The notes beneath the pieces are model-generated. The model made no database searches and was not told where the DNA came from. It saw nothing but the letters and a program-made list of their open reading frames with translations. The translations under genes were made by a program, and so were the position numbers. Positions 33,269 to 42,962 of a stretch of DNA of 64,000 bases are shown here, one piece after another (within the stretch, counting starts at the first letter, position 1; every line of letters begins with the position of its first letter). Source of the stretch: a virus. Location: the IMG/VR virus record IMGVR_UViG_3300050821_004478; one strand, 5' to 3'.

Positions 33269-35254
33269 TTATGTAGACAGAGTTATGATTGGCCAGAATG
33301 CTGCGGTCACGCCTGTGGTAAAGTTGCTCGTTAAGTTAGCTGCCGTTGTAGGAGCAGCCGGAACGGTAGGACCAAGACCTGTTAATGAACCTCCGGTTGA
33401 AGAGGTAACGCTCGTCCACCATGTAGGACCTGTTCCCGATTGAGCCGGGGCATTAGCAAAGTAGAAGTATTCTACCTGCTGACTTGGGGTTGCTCCACTA
33501 AAAGTTAGACCGGTGCCGTCACCGGTGAATGCTAACCAGTAATTACCTGCTTGAATAGTAATGGTACCTTGGACAAATGGCTTAGTTACTACGGCAACTG
33601 AGTTGAACACTTGCGGCCCTAGATTCCAAACTAAAACTCCGGCTGTCGTGTACATTCCCCAATCATAATGATTCGTGTCCGAAGTAGTTACGTTGAATGT
33701 GAAGTTCCCGACAGTGATAGGAGCATCTATATGCATATACAAAAACTTCACTGAATTTGCAGTAAAACTAAAACTCTGCGCATTTATAGGATTTATATTT
33801 GCGGGCGCAGAAAAGAACTTCGGAAGACTCAAAATTGACTGAGACGTACCGCCGCCGCCGCCTCCGGTAGACGCGAATCTAATCCCACCCGCGCCCAAAT
33901 CCGTGATCGTCATGTTGTTACCAGCGATCAAGTTCAAAACAGTTTGCGATGAGTTCAGCACGCTGTTTGTTTCAAATGTAACTACCGGTGCCACACCACG
34001 TTCTGTCCAGTACCCAAAGCCGTCAGAAACTATCAGAACTCCAGTGTTTGGAAGCAGCTTAATTTGCTGATTTTTGCCGTCAATATTCGCGCTCGACTGG
34101 ACAAAGAACGTTCCGGTGCCAGTGTTTTCTACATAAGTGTACCAGCCGACAGGGAAAACTGCATTCGTCACAGCTTGCAGGCGAAAGTTCGCCATTATGA
34201 ATTCGAAGGAACCTATGCCTGCTCCGGTTCCGGAACCGACGAGCGTTGCTCCCACCGCAGGATTCACCAGATATTCATCCAAGCCAACGACAAACTCATT
34301 AGCTGACGGAGGGCCAGACCATTGTATGGCAGTCCACGGAATCTGGGTATATCCTGCACCCGCAGTCGGTTGAACTCCAGTTGTGCTGAGACCGTATCTA
34401 GCTGCTACGAACGCGAAAGTATTTGTAACAGTAGGAACTATCGAGGCGCTGCCCACACCCGTGGCAAATTGATCTAGTCCCCCGGTAAGACTGATGCCGG
34501 AAAATTCATCTACAACGAGACTCTGAAAAGACCCCATTGGTCCGGGTTGAAAAGCTATAACGGCGTTGGGTCCGGCTTTACAGTTTGCTGCATACCACTG
34601 TGATGTCTTGCCAGAATTGCTGATAGTTGCGATAGGAACCCAAGTATTTCCGGCACTGTCTCCTATGGTATTGGTTGGCCCAACCGTTTGTGAACTCGAT
34701 GCTGTAGCGATCAAAAAATTACCGAGACGATTATCGCTTGAAAAAGTAGCGAGAGCGGAATTTCCTGCTCCACCACCCTTTGCTGTTTGAACATAACCAA
34801 AAGAACTAGCCGACCCGGGGAGCGTGACAAAACCGCCAGCGTTGTTGGTCATCGAGATCAGCGTATCTCGGTCGGCCAATGTAACTAGGTAAGACGTTCC
34901 TGTCTGCACATTCTCGTTGATGATAGGCGTGTCATCATCGGTGGTAGCGCTGGCCGCAGTTGACGGAGGTACCAGTTTTTGGAAACTCTGTACAGCAGCG
35001 TTTACATCCGCGATAGCAGAAGGCTGAGGCGGCTGAACCCTGAAATTGGGGACGTTTCCGCCCATCTGGCTATTCGCGATATCCGTATTCAGACCAAGTG
35101 TCATCGTAGAGATCGCGCCGGACGCGAATCGATCTGCGGCAACCGGAGGCACTTGCGCACCTCCTCCACTTTCAATCGGAGGTCTTGTGACTTCTGACCA
35201 ACCTTCCGGTATGGTGAAGTCTTTCTCGTTTGTAATGTGGTCTTTATTTGCCAT
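33269..35254 (-). CDS. tail fiber / receptor-binding protein candidate
   Basis: 661 aa, rich in G/T/S/A/V beta-type sequence, with a poly-Gly hinge. Adjacent to tail genes. Confidence 0.55.
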   Translation of the reverse strand: MANKDHITNEKDFTIPEGWSEVTRPPIESGGGAQVPPVAADRFASGAISTMTLGLNTDIANSQMGGNVPNFRVQPPQPSAIADVNAAVQSFQKLVPPSTAASATTDDDTPIINENVQTGTSYLVTLADRDTLISMTNNAGGFVTLPGSASSFGYVQTAKGGGAGNSALATFSSDNRLGNFLIATASSSQTVGPTNTIGDSAGNTWVPIATISNSGKTSQWYAANCKAGPNAVIAFQPGPMGSFQSLVVDEFSGISLTGGLDQFATGVGSASIVPTVTNTFAFVAARYGLSTTGVQPTAGAGYTQIPWTAIQWSGPPSANEFVVGLDEYLVNPAVGATLVGSGTGAGIGSFEFIMANFRLQAVTNAVFPVGWYTYVENTGTGTFFVQSSANIDGKNQQIKLLPNTGVLIVSDGFGYWTERGVAPVVTFETNSVLNSSQTVLNLIAGNNMTITDLGAGGIRFASTGGGGGGTSQSILSLPKFFSAPANINPINAQSFSFTANSVKFLYMHIDAPITVGNFTFNVTTSDTNHYDWGMYTTAGVLVWNLGPQVFNSVAVVTKPFVQGTITIQAGNYWLAFTGDGTGLTFSGATPSQQVEYFYFANAPAQSGTGPTWWTSVTSSTGGSLTGLGPTVPAAPTTAANLTSNFTTGVTAAFWPIITLST

Positions 35255-38200
35255 TATTGTCCCTTGATGATTGCACCATTCACGGACAAATTGTAAATCG
35301 TGTCGGCATTTGCTGTTGTCCCAAAGTCTACCTTCAACGTCAAGAATATGCAGCGCGCTAGAGAACCGACTCCTGCAAAGTAGTATCTGTTTGGACTGTA
35401 ACTTGTTGGAGACAGAGTCGCACCGTAAACAGTTGGCGGGTCAAACTGCGGTGCCAAGGTGAAAGGCGTGAACACGCTGGTTGAACTAAATGCCTCGTTG
35501 AGCAAATACGAGACCGTTGGGTGATACGCGACTCCGGAGAAGTCTGCCTCCAAGAATCGAAGAATCGATAGCTCCCCTCTACGAGCAAGGGCTAAGGTTC
35601 CTTGAATAAAGAACGCATCATACGGCGTTCCATTATCGGTGTAGACCGTTGTGTCGCGTTTCAAAACTTCTTGACCACCGGTTGTTGCACCCACTAGAAG
35701 CTTTTTGATGCCCGGGGACGTTTCCACGGTCACAACCATCTTGCAGCCGTTGGTGACGGCCGCGAACGGTGACCAGATCGGTTCTGTTCCGTTGATCGAG
35801 CCGTTCTGTTGACGAGGGTTGAGTCTATACCAGCCTGTTGCGCCGTCCGCAATCGCGATCATGTTATCATTGCCGCTCTGCAGAATCGCAAGATAACCTG
35901 TTGACGGATTCCATGTAGCGTCTTGAACTCCGGACACGGCGGCATTTGCTAACTCATCTTGGATTGGGAAGCCCGCGTTCGTGAGAGTCAAATTTGGCGA
36001 CAGAACTCTCAGCACACTATCTGCTCCTAAGAAAAATACTTCTCCCGCAAGCGCATCTAAGAAATTCCAACTAAGCAGACCAACGCCGCGCACCAGCGTG
36101 TAAGTGAAGAAGGAACCGGTTGCCGGACCTCCTGAGATAACTTCAATGCTTGCCGGTGTGAAGACGATCAACACCGACCCAATTTTGATAGCGCGAACTG
36201 GATTCGCTAAGAAAGTAAACTCGTCAGCCACATTGAATGCAGAATTGGGATTTCCAACTCGTGTGTCTGGACCTCCGCTGAAGACAACTTGGTTTCCGCT
36301 GATTCCCCAAATGCGGTCGAAGTTAAACTCTTGAGGGCGGAAGTTCGACGGAGGTGGGTTGTTAACCCCGTTTATCGGCGCAGGAATTAATACGTTAAGC
36401 CCCGGGTATGATACGCCCGCAATTGTTGACGGGATGTCGGGAAGAAAGTCTCTGAACGACCACGTTCCCGGCCCTCCGTTTGGAAGGTTCGGAATTTCGG
36501 TTAGCTCGAACATGTTCGAACTGCCGCCGCCGTCCGCAGAACGCCAAATAACAATTGTGTCTACAGCCGGGTCGGTAGAAACAGGACCGGAGATCGTCAG
36601 CACAGCGCCCGGGTTTGGGCCGATTGGAGTAATCGTCGCGGGAGATGCGCTCGATACATCGCCCGTCAAGCTGCCCGTGGGGAACGGAAGTGGCGCAGAT
36701 AGGCCGGGAGGAATAGGCGGCATCGATGTTCCGAAAATATTTACCGTATAAAAGTCTGTAAGAGAGCGAGACTTGTATGAATACGCGTACGAATATCCCT
36801 TCGTGAACGTCAAAGATTGGGTGCTGAATACCTCTTCATTAAACCAGATCAGACCATTCGCCGCCGCAGCAGCGTGCGTCTCATTTACCTGGGAGGTAGT
36901 GGTGACTGTGAAAGTCGTGGCATTTGCAGTCAGTGCTACCACGTATCCGTTGTTTCCCGGATTCGTGAAACCGGTGACGATAAGCTGTTGACCTGCTAGG
37001 TTGCTTAAACCGGTGCCGGTGTATGTTGTAGTTGCTCCCGAAACAGCTACTTGGCTCAATACAAAGCTGGTGCCGTTGTCGTCGGTATAGTTTCCTATCG
37101 GAGGCCACGTCGGTTGCACAGTCCCGCTTAATCCGCTGTTGACAACAAACTCAACGTCGGCTGGTACCCGATTGTCGATAATACTTGCGCCGCCGAGAGG
37201 TGTTGCGCCGCTGGGCGGGAAGAAGCCTTGCACAGGAAGATACCACTTCGTTGCGGTGGCCCACGTTACGCCGTCTCCGACGTTGGTCCAAGTCAGCCCA
37301 CTGGTTTCCTTCGTGGTCTTGCCGTATCCCGGGGTGAATACCGGCACTGAGCCGTTAGAAATTCCGCTCACGGTGCATACATAGAAAGCGTGAGTCAGCG
37401 GGTCGTAGATCGCAGAGAACGGCGTGTTGTTCGAACTCCATGCGTTGTATTGGGTTGTTGCGGCCCACGTATAAAGACCCAGGCTCATCCAAACCAAATC
37501 ATTGTCGTAAACCAACGTCCCTGCGGGCACTGCAACCGTGCCAAACGGCGTATAGCCGGAACCTGATGTTCCGCCGCCTGACGCTTGGAAGTACAAAATT
37601 TGAGGCGCAGGAGGAAGGCCGTTCTGCAGACCGGATAGCTCAACAATGGCCGTTGCCGCATCGTTGTTGGTTACCGTTCCGACTGCCGGATACACTGTAC
37701 TCGGCAACCACGGAGCCAATCCGGCATTTGCGATGCCGGGGCCAACCCAAATCCACACGCAGCTTCCGTCGTTGGTATGCTGCCCTAGTGCCTTCTTAAA
37801 AGCTGGAACAAGGCTTCCACTGGTTCCAGATGATGCAGAAGATGATTGGACGTAGCAAGCCTTAGTAACAGGGTCATAAACGATACAAGGTTGCGCGGTG
37901 GTTCCGCCGACTGTGGCGTTGTTGTAAATTGAATGTGCAGTCCACGCGACGATAGGACCCTTGTTGGTCCACGTGATAGTGCCGCCGCCTGTTGTATCAG
38001 ACGTCGTTCCTCCGGGACTCTGGTTCCACGGTGGCTGTCCGCTTCCGCTGATTCCGAATTGCGTGGTGTTCGTAGTCGATGCGTTGACCGACTGAAGTTG
38101 CCACATATCTCCGGTGCCGGAATCAAATATCAATCCCATCGTAGAAAATTCGGTCGATGCGGTCCAAGATACCGATGCGACGCCGCTTTCTGTGATTACA

Positions 38201-38979
38201 ACGGTAGGTGCTGTCGTTGGCGTTGGAATACCGAAACCAAAAACTTGGCCGTTCGCGCCCGCGTTGGTTGGATTCCAAATCCACGTATCTACGCCGTCGC
38301 CCGCATAAAGAATGCCCGCAACCGCGACGAAACTCGTTTGTCCCGCGCCCGCTGTCTTACCGAACAAGAATTGCTTGCTCCCATTCTGCTGGTCCCACCA
38401 CACTGCTCCCGAGGTTATAGCAGACGCAGCGACGGTCTCTGCGATGCCGTTCGGATTTGCTAAAGTCAATGTGGTAGTCGTGCTGGCGGTGACTGCGAAG
38501 GAACCATTATTTCCAGCGTTAGCGAAGCCTGAGATAGTGAAGACCATGCCAACATATGCGTTGCTGCCACCGAGCGGGAACGTACCGGTGTAAACTGTCG
38601 TTCTAGGCGAGCCACTTGCGTTAGCCGCAGATGATACAGCTAGCGCGCCGGAAGAACCGGTATCGATGACGTCACGAATCGTGCCATCAAGTTGAGGGAA
38701 CGCAAACGCATATAAAGGTGCGGTCGGATATGTTGTCGTTGAAAAAGGAGAGAGTCCAAAACGGCGCTGCAAAGAGAGAAGATTACTCAATTCAACGTTC
38801 TTGCCGCCTAGCAATTGCCCTGGTCTGCCGCCGTAGTACTTATTTTCTGCCTGAGTTCCGCCCGGGTGAAATTGAGCACGGTTCGTATTCAAGCCCTCGA
38901 AGTAGGTCTCGACAAAGAGAGAACCCCACGCACTTAGGCGCTTACTTTGAACACCTGCCGATTCAAATGCTCCAGCCAT
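35254..38979 (-). CDS. large tail (nozzle/fiber) structural protein
   Basis: 1241 aa. Contains two GF(T/A)NxGNNG domains and several SG..P.W....G.T.DG...W-type repeats. Confidence 0.55.
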   Translation of the reverse strand: MAGAFESAGVQSKRLSAWGSLFVETYFEGLNTNRAQFHPGGTQAENKYYGGRPGQLLGGKNVELSNLLSLQRRFGLSPFSTTTYPTAPLYAFAFPQLDGTIRDVIDTGSSGALAVSSAANASGSPRTTVYTGTFPLGGSNAYVGMVFTISGFANAGNNGSFAVTASTTTTLTLANPNGIAETVAASAITSGAVWWDQQNGSKQFLFGKTAGAGQTSFVAVAGILYAGDGVDTWIWNPTNAGANGQVFGFGIPTPTTAPTVVITESGVASVSWTASTEFSTMGLIFDSGTGDMWQLQSVNASTTNTTQFGISGSGQPPWNQSPGGTTSDTTGGGTITWTNKGPIVAWTAHSIYNNATVGGTTAQPCIVYDPVTKACYVQSSSASSGTSGSLVPAFKKALGQHTNDGSCVWIWVGPGIANAGLAPWLPSTVYPAVGTVTNNDAATAIVELSGLQNGLPPAPQILYFQASGGGTSGSGYTPFGTVAVPAGTLVYDNDLVWMSLGLYTWAATTQYNAWSSNNTPFSAIYDPLTHAFYVCTVSGISNGSVPVFTPGYGKTTKETSGLTWTNVGDGVTWATATKWYLPVQGFFPPSGATPLGGASIIDNRVPADVEFVVNSGLSGTVQPTWPPIGNYTDDNGTSFVLSQVAVSGATTTYTGTGLSNLAGQQLIVTGFTNPGNNGYVVALTANATTFTVTTTSQVNETHAAAAANGLIWFNEEVFSTQSLTFTKGYSYAYSYKSRSLTDFYTVNIFGTSMPPIPPGLSAPLPFPTGSLTGDVSSASPATITPIGPNPGAVLTISGPVSTDPAVDTIVIWRSADGGGSSNMFELTEIPNLPNGGPGTWSFRDFLPDIPSTIAGVSYPGLNVLIPAPINGVNNPPPSNFRPQEFNFDRIWGISGNQVVFSGGPDTRVGNPNSAFNVADEFTFLANPVRAIKIGSVLIVFTPASIEVISGGPATGSFFTYTLVRGVGLLSWNFLDALAGEVFFLGADSVLRVLSPNLTLTNAGFPIQDELANAAVSGVQDATWNPSTGYLAILQSGNDNMIAIADGATGWYRLNPRQQNGSINGTEPIWSPFAAVTNGCKMVVTVETSPGIKKLLVGATTGGQEVLKRDTTVYTDNGTPYDAFFIQGTLALARRGELSILRFLEADFSGVAYHPTVSYLLNEAFSSTSVFTPFTLAPQFDPPTVYGATLSPTSYSPNRYYFAGVGSLARCIFLTLKVDFGTTANADTIYNLSVNGAIIKGQ

Positions 38980-38987
38980 GTTTCTCC

Positions 38988-39016
38988 AAATAAAAATGGC
39001 GGCAAGAATCGCCGCC
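38988..39016 (-). terminator. strong rho-independent terminator after the GIY-YIG gene
   Basis: On the minus strand, GGCGGC-gauucuu-GCCGCC is followed by AUUUUUAUUU. Confidence 0.8.
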
Positions 39017-39042
39017 TTAAGAAGTTAAATTTTTAGTTCTTA

Positions 39043-39681
39043 TTATGCGTAAGCAATAATCAGATTTTGCTCACTGCACAAAGCGCAGCTAGGATTTATT
39101 TTATTGCGAAGAACGTGACGCTGTTTATGAACGCCTATTAAACTCGCCGCCTTCGCGGCTTCTACTCTCTGCTCATGAGTACCCCACTGACCTCGGTCTC
39201 CTGAGACACCGCGCCCAGCCCGCCCGCCAATCAGCCCTCCTGATCTACCAATCTCTGATCGTCTTTCAGGGGTAAGACTAAAAATTCCTCTCTTATCCGC
39301 TTTCAACTTTTTGCCTATTTGTTTTCGGTGTTCGGGCGTCAAAGAGAATATTCCGGTACCGCGCTCTAAGCTGATTTTACCCAAATTTTTATAGTCTTCG
39401 GCTCCGGGAATTTGAAGATTCATTCCACCATCGTATCCATACCAAGTATGGAATTGAAACATCCAAATCGTTTCAAGTTCGTTCAACGCCTGTTGGTCTT
39501 GAACCTCTACAAGTTCACGAACTGGTCGCGGAAGTTCTGTGTTAGGAAAATCACGCTTAAATCTGCGTCCAAACGAAGAGTTACCAGGGCGATGCCGATA
39601 ATCGCGTTTCGCCCCCTGCCCGACATAAATGAACCGGGCTGGGTCATGTGGATGAGGATATCGGTATAGGTGTCCGATCAT
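39043..39681 (-). CDS. GIY-YIG homing endonuclease with NUMOD3-like repeats
   Basis: FIYVGQG ... R..R ... ETIWM core; duplicated GIFSLTPE(H/R)R..IG motif. Confidence 0.75.
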   Translation of the reverse strand: MIGHLYRYPHPHDPARFIYVGQGAKRDYRHRPGNSSFGRRFKRDFPNTELPRPVRELVEVQDQQALNELETIWMFQFHTWYGYDGGMNLQIPGAEDYKNLGKISLERGTGIFSLTPEHRKQIGKKLKADKRGIFSLTPERRSEIGRSGGLIGGRAGRGVSGDRGQWGTHEQRVEAAKAASLIGVHKQRHVLRNKINPSCALCSEQNLIIAYA

Positions 39682-39687
39682 CTTATC

Positions 39688-39716
39688 AGTATATCACACT
39701 TTTTAGGATTTGTCAA
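39688..39716 (-). promoter_or_regulatory. near-consensus sigma-70 promoter (TTGACA-17-TATACT); predicted leaderless transcript
   Basis: The -10 ends 6 nt before the ATG at 39681. Confidence 0.65.
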
Positions 39717-39725
39717 GAGTTATTT

Positions 39726-40661
39726 TTATACCGCCCGTCCTGCGTGTCCTAGTTGCGCCATTCCAAGTGTCGCCGTCCGCTCCACGTCGCGGGCTAGCCA
39801 CTGTTGAACGAATATGTTCTTCTGCATCTCGGTCAAACCGCTGGCCTTCGATAAGAATGCAGCCACACCACGCTGACGATATTGTTGCGCGCGGGGGTCG
39901 TCCACCATTGCCATCGCTTCCGATAAGAACAAATTGTTGTAGATGTCTGAGTACTGATCTGGGATTGGGTCCCACGCGTAATTGCTGACGTACGCCGGAA
40001 TTACTTCCGCGACTCCTGCCCCATTCACGACGGTCAATGTTGTTGGCGTAACACTTACAACCGGGAATGTGCCGTTGTTGGCAACGTGCGCAACGAAGCC
40101 GGTGATAACCGCATTCGCTCCCGCAGGAAACGAAGTGATATCGAATGTCCCGTTATATGTTGTATTCGGGCCGACTGCGTTTGCTGCGCTGCTGATGAAG
40201 AAGGGTCCAAATTGGGGAGCCATCTTCTGATATACGATGGTCACCAAATAAATCTTATCCGGCACACCAAGAAACCTGAATTTGAAATTCAGCGCTCCCG
40301 ATATGATAGATGAACTCTCGACGGACATCGCACTCGGACGATGCTGGGCTGCAGATAGACTGAGAGCAGCATTATTGTATATGTCTTTTATCTCAGCGAC
40401 AACACCCTGATCGTCCGTGAGAGAAACCTTTTCAACGAATGCAAGGTCTGGAACAGGCTGTATATAATCTTGCAAGCCTATCTGGGTATTGAAGGTGGTC
40501 TCTGCGCGATTGAAGTACCAAGTGATTGGAGGATTCAACATCGAATTGCGAATCATCGAGGCAATAGAAACCGCAGGTTCTCCACCCAGGCCCGCGAACA
40601 ACGGCGAGTACTGAATGAAAGGTGAAACAAAGTTGGTGGTGTTCAGTAGATTCATCGTCAT
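39726..40661 (-). CDS. virion structural protein carrying a GFxxxxNNG insertion domain
   Basis: 311 aa. aa 165-223 are homologous to domains in the 525-aa and 1241-aa proteins. Confidence 0.5.
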   Translation of the reverse strand: MTMNLLNTTNFVSPFIQYSPLFAGLGGEPAVSIASMIRNSMLNPPITWYFNRAETTFNTQIGLQDYIQPVPDLAFVEKVSLTDDQGVVAEIKDIYNNAALSLSAAQHRPSAMSVESSSIISGALNFKFRFLGVPDKIYLVTIVYQKMAPQFGPFFISSAANAVGPNTTYNGTFDITSFPAGANAVITGFVAHVANNGTFPVVSVTPTTLTVVNGAGVAEVIPAYVSNYAWDPIPDQYSDIYNNLFLSEAMAMVDDPRAQQYRQRGVAAFLSKASGLTEMQKNIFVQQWLARDVERTATLGMAQLGHAGRAV

Positions 40662-40663
40662 GA

Positions 40664-42241
40664 TTATGGTCTCGGATAATTATAGGGCCACGCGGCTCCC
40701 TGATAATTGTTGCGGCTGCGCGCCGCGCCAAAGACTGTACGCGACGGAATAAATTTGTTCTCTTCCAACTCGCGATCTTCCTTCACACGCAGTTCATTCA
40801 ACGCGGCCTTCCACAAGGCCCACTCTTGAGGGAACTTTGCATACACGGCCTTCTCGGGAGAGCGGTGGTAAAGTTGCGCGATGAATCCGTCGCGGAAGAA
40901 CGTCTCAAACTCATCTGGCAGTGGGCCAAGTGTTTGAGCCAAGCTAACGAAACGAATTGGCTTCATCTGCGCGATCAAATTAAATTGCCACTGACTTCCC
41001 GTTGTCGTTGGCACAGGCACGAAGCGGAAGCCCCATCCGTTGGGGTCTAGAACAGTCCACTGAGTCGATGCGCCTGTTCCTGACGCGGTGACGCCGGGAA
41101 CCGCATTACGAACTGCTAGGGGCGGCGTGGTTCCTTCTATACCGTATGTGGTGAGCAATAAGAAGTTGCCGTTTGCATCTATGATCTGAGTGATAGGATT
41201 TTGCGGCTGGCTTGTTTTCTCTGAACTGTTTACGTCGCCGCCAGATTGATATGTTCCGGGATTGACTGCCATTGTGACTGTGACGGTCGGCGCAGTCAGC
41301 ACAGTATCATTGATGCTCACGATAACCCAACTACCGTTATATCCAACTGGAAATGCACTATCGATGCCGAGAGTGCTGGCAACTTTAATCGTTGGCAGAA
41401 GACTCGATATGGTAAAAGTTGCTTGACCGGCAGACCACGATGCCGCAGTTACAGCGGAACCTGTAGGTGCTAGATAAACTGAGCCGGGTCCCGGGTTATT
41501 ACCGGTCGTTGGACCACCAATATTTGCCTGCCCCCAGGTGCCGTAATACAATGTGCGATTTGGAAACCAATTGCAGCGGAAGCCTGGGTCGCCTAGTCCT
41601 GCGCCGCCCGTGTAGCTGGCGGTAATCTGAGGAAGTTGACGTCCGCACTCGATGCGAACGAATGGCTTCGGAATAGAGGTGTTGTTGATGTCGAAAGCCA
41701 CCCCGCGTTCCAGCCACGACATATTGAGAAGAGAGCCGCCCGCTGAGAGGGCATTACCTGAATGAGCCTCTACCACTCCACCCACGTTTTGTAACACGAG
41801 TGCGAAAGCAGAAGACGCGACGCACATAAAGGTTCCGTTGTTACCGGCATTTGTGAATCCGGTGATAACAAAGGGTACTCCGACGTATCCGCCGAACGCG
41901 CCGTCCGGCAGTGTCCCCGCATAAGTTGCGGTGCCTTGTGAAGGTGAGACTTGAGTGACGCCTGTCAACGTCAAGTTACCGCTTAATCCTGGCGCATTGG
42001 TTACTGCGTAATCTTGCTGAAGACTGTTCGAATAGATCGGCGGGATTATAAATTCATTCCACTTGTGGGGGAACGGTGTGGAACAAATTGCATTCATCAC
42101 CGTGTTGGCAACCGAAGTGGCAACACGCTCAGTGAAACCTCCCGCATTTAAAATTGGCTCAACATCACCGTGAGTCTCCGCAGTATCAGCAATATATTGA
42201 AGAGTGATGGTAGAAAGACTTGTAAAGAATCCGTATGCCAT
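40664..42241 (-). CDS. virion structural protein carrying a GFTNAGNNG insertion domain
   Basis: 525 aa; the domain is at aa 103-162. Confidence 0.5.
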   Translation of the reverse strand: MAYGFFTSLSTITLQYIADTAETHGDVEPILNAGGFTERVATSVANTVMNAICSTPFPHKWNEFIIPPIYSNSLQQDYAVTNAPGLSGNLTLTGVTQVSPSQGTATYAGTLPDGAFGGYVGVPFVITGFTNAGNNGTFMCVASSAFALVLQNVGGVVEAHSGNALSAGGSLLNMSWLERGVAFDINNTSIPKPFVRIECGRQLPQITASYTGGAGLGDPGFRCNWFPNRTLYYGTWGQANIGGPTTGNNPGPGSVYLAPTGSAVTAASWSAGQATFTISSLLPTIKVASTLGIDSAFPVGYNGSWVIVSINDTVLTAPTVTVTMAVNPGTYQSGGDVNSSEKTSQPQNPITQIIDANGNFLLLTTYGIEGTTPPLAVRNAVPGVTASGTGASTQWTVLDPNGWGFRFVPVPTTTGSQWQFNLIAQMKPIRFVSLAQTLGPLPDEFETFFRDGFIAQLYHRSPEKAVYAKFPQEWALWKAALNELRVKEDRELEENKFIPSRTVFGAARSRNNYQGAAWPYNYPRP

Positions 42242-42248
42242 AAGCGCC

Positions 42249-42953
42249 TTAGATCAATTTGTGATCTTTCAAAAGTTGTATCACTGCCGCTCTTGATTGC
42301 TGTACCGCTGCCTCGATAGGGCCTGCCGGGCCGCGAGGACCGGGTATGCCGGGTGAACCTGCTTCGCCCTTCTCGCCTGTTGCACCTTGAGCGCCTACAT
42401 CGCCCTTCTCGCCACGCTCGCCTGCTGCACCAGGGGGGCCGTCAAAACCTCGTTCGCCCTTCGTGCCGGGGAATCCTTGGGAACCTCGTTCGCCGCGCTC
42501 TCCGCGTTCGCCTATCGCACCAGAGGGTCCTGGGGAGCCGGGAACGAATGACGGCTCGCCCTTCTCGCCGCGCTCGCCTACATCGCCCTTCTCTCCACGC
42601 TCACCTTGGATACCGCGTTCGCCTGGAAAGCCTTGTCTGCCCTGCGCTCCCGGCTCTCCGGTCGCGCCACGCTCGCCTTGCGGCCCCGCGTTGCCTACTG
42701 GACCTGGGATATTGGAAACTCCTGGCTCGCCCTTCTCGCCGCGAGCGCCCGGGGGACCGACAATAGAATCACCCTGGAGGCCGCGCGAACCAGTCTCGCC
42801 GCGCACGCCCTGGTCGCCCTTCTTACCTCGCGCGCCTTCTACGCCGCGACGAGAGACATGAACCTTGCGGTGTTCTGCGTGCTCTGACTCAAATTGGGTG
42901 ATGCGCGCAGTGAGCGCTTCGATCTGCTGTTGAAGCTGTTCCAAAGTTGACAT
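42249..42953 (-). CDS. collagen-like (G-X-Y)n fiber protein
   Basis: N-terminal coiled coil, then about 170 aa of Gly-X-Y triplets with a few interruptions, then a short C-terminal domain. Confidence 0.85.
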   Translation of the reverse strand: MSTLEQLQQQIEALTARITQFESEHAEHRKVHVSRRGVEGARGKKGDQGVRGETGSRGLQGDSIVGPPGARGEKGEPGVSNIPGPVGNAGPQGERGATGEPGAQGRQGFPGERGIQGERGEKGDVGERGEKGEPSFVPGSPGPSGAIGERGERGERGSQGFPGTKGERGFDGPPGAAGERGEKGDVGAQGATGEKGEAGSPGIPGPRGPAGPIEAAVQQSRAAVIQLLKDHKLI

Positions 42954-42962
42954 ATGCTTCCT

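Larger units (their letters stand above)
38988..39720 (-). mobile_element. self-contained homing-endonuclease cassette (promoter + GIY-YIG ORF + terminator) between two structural genes
   Basis: All three parts were read from the sequence. The cassette is inserted in the 39726/38979 intergenic position. Confidence 0.6.

Noticed and set aside
42353-42887. Several plus-strand ORFs of 93-137 aa across the collagen-like gene.
   Set aside because: They are artefacts of the GGN-rich periodic sequence. Every frame stays open across G-X-Y repeats, and only the minus-strand frame gives collagen triplets and a proper start.
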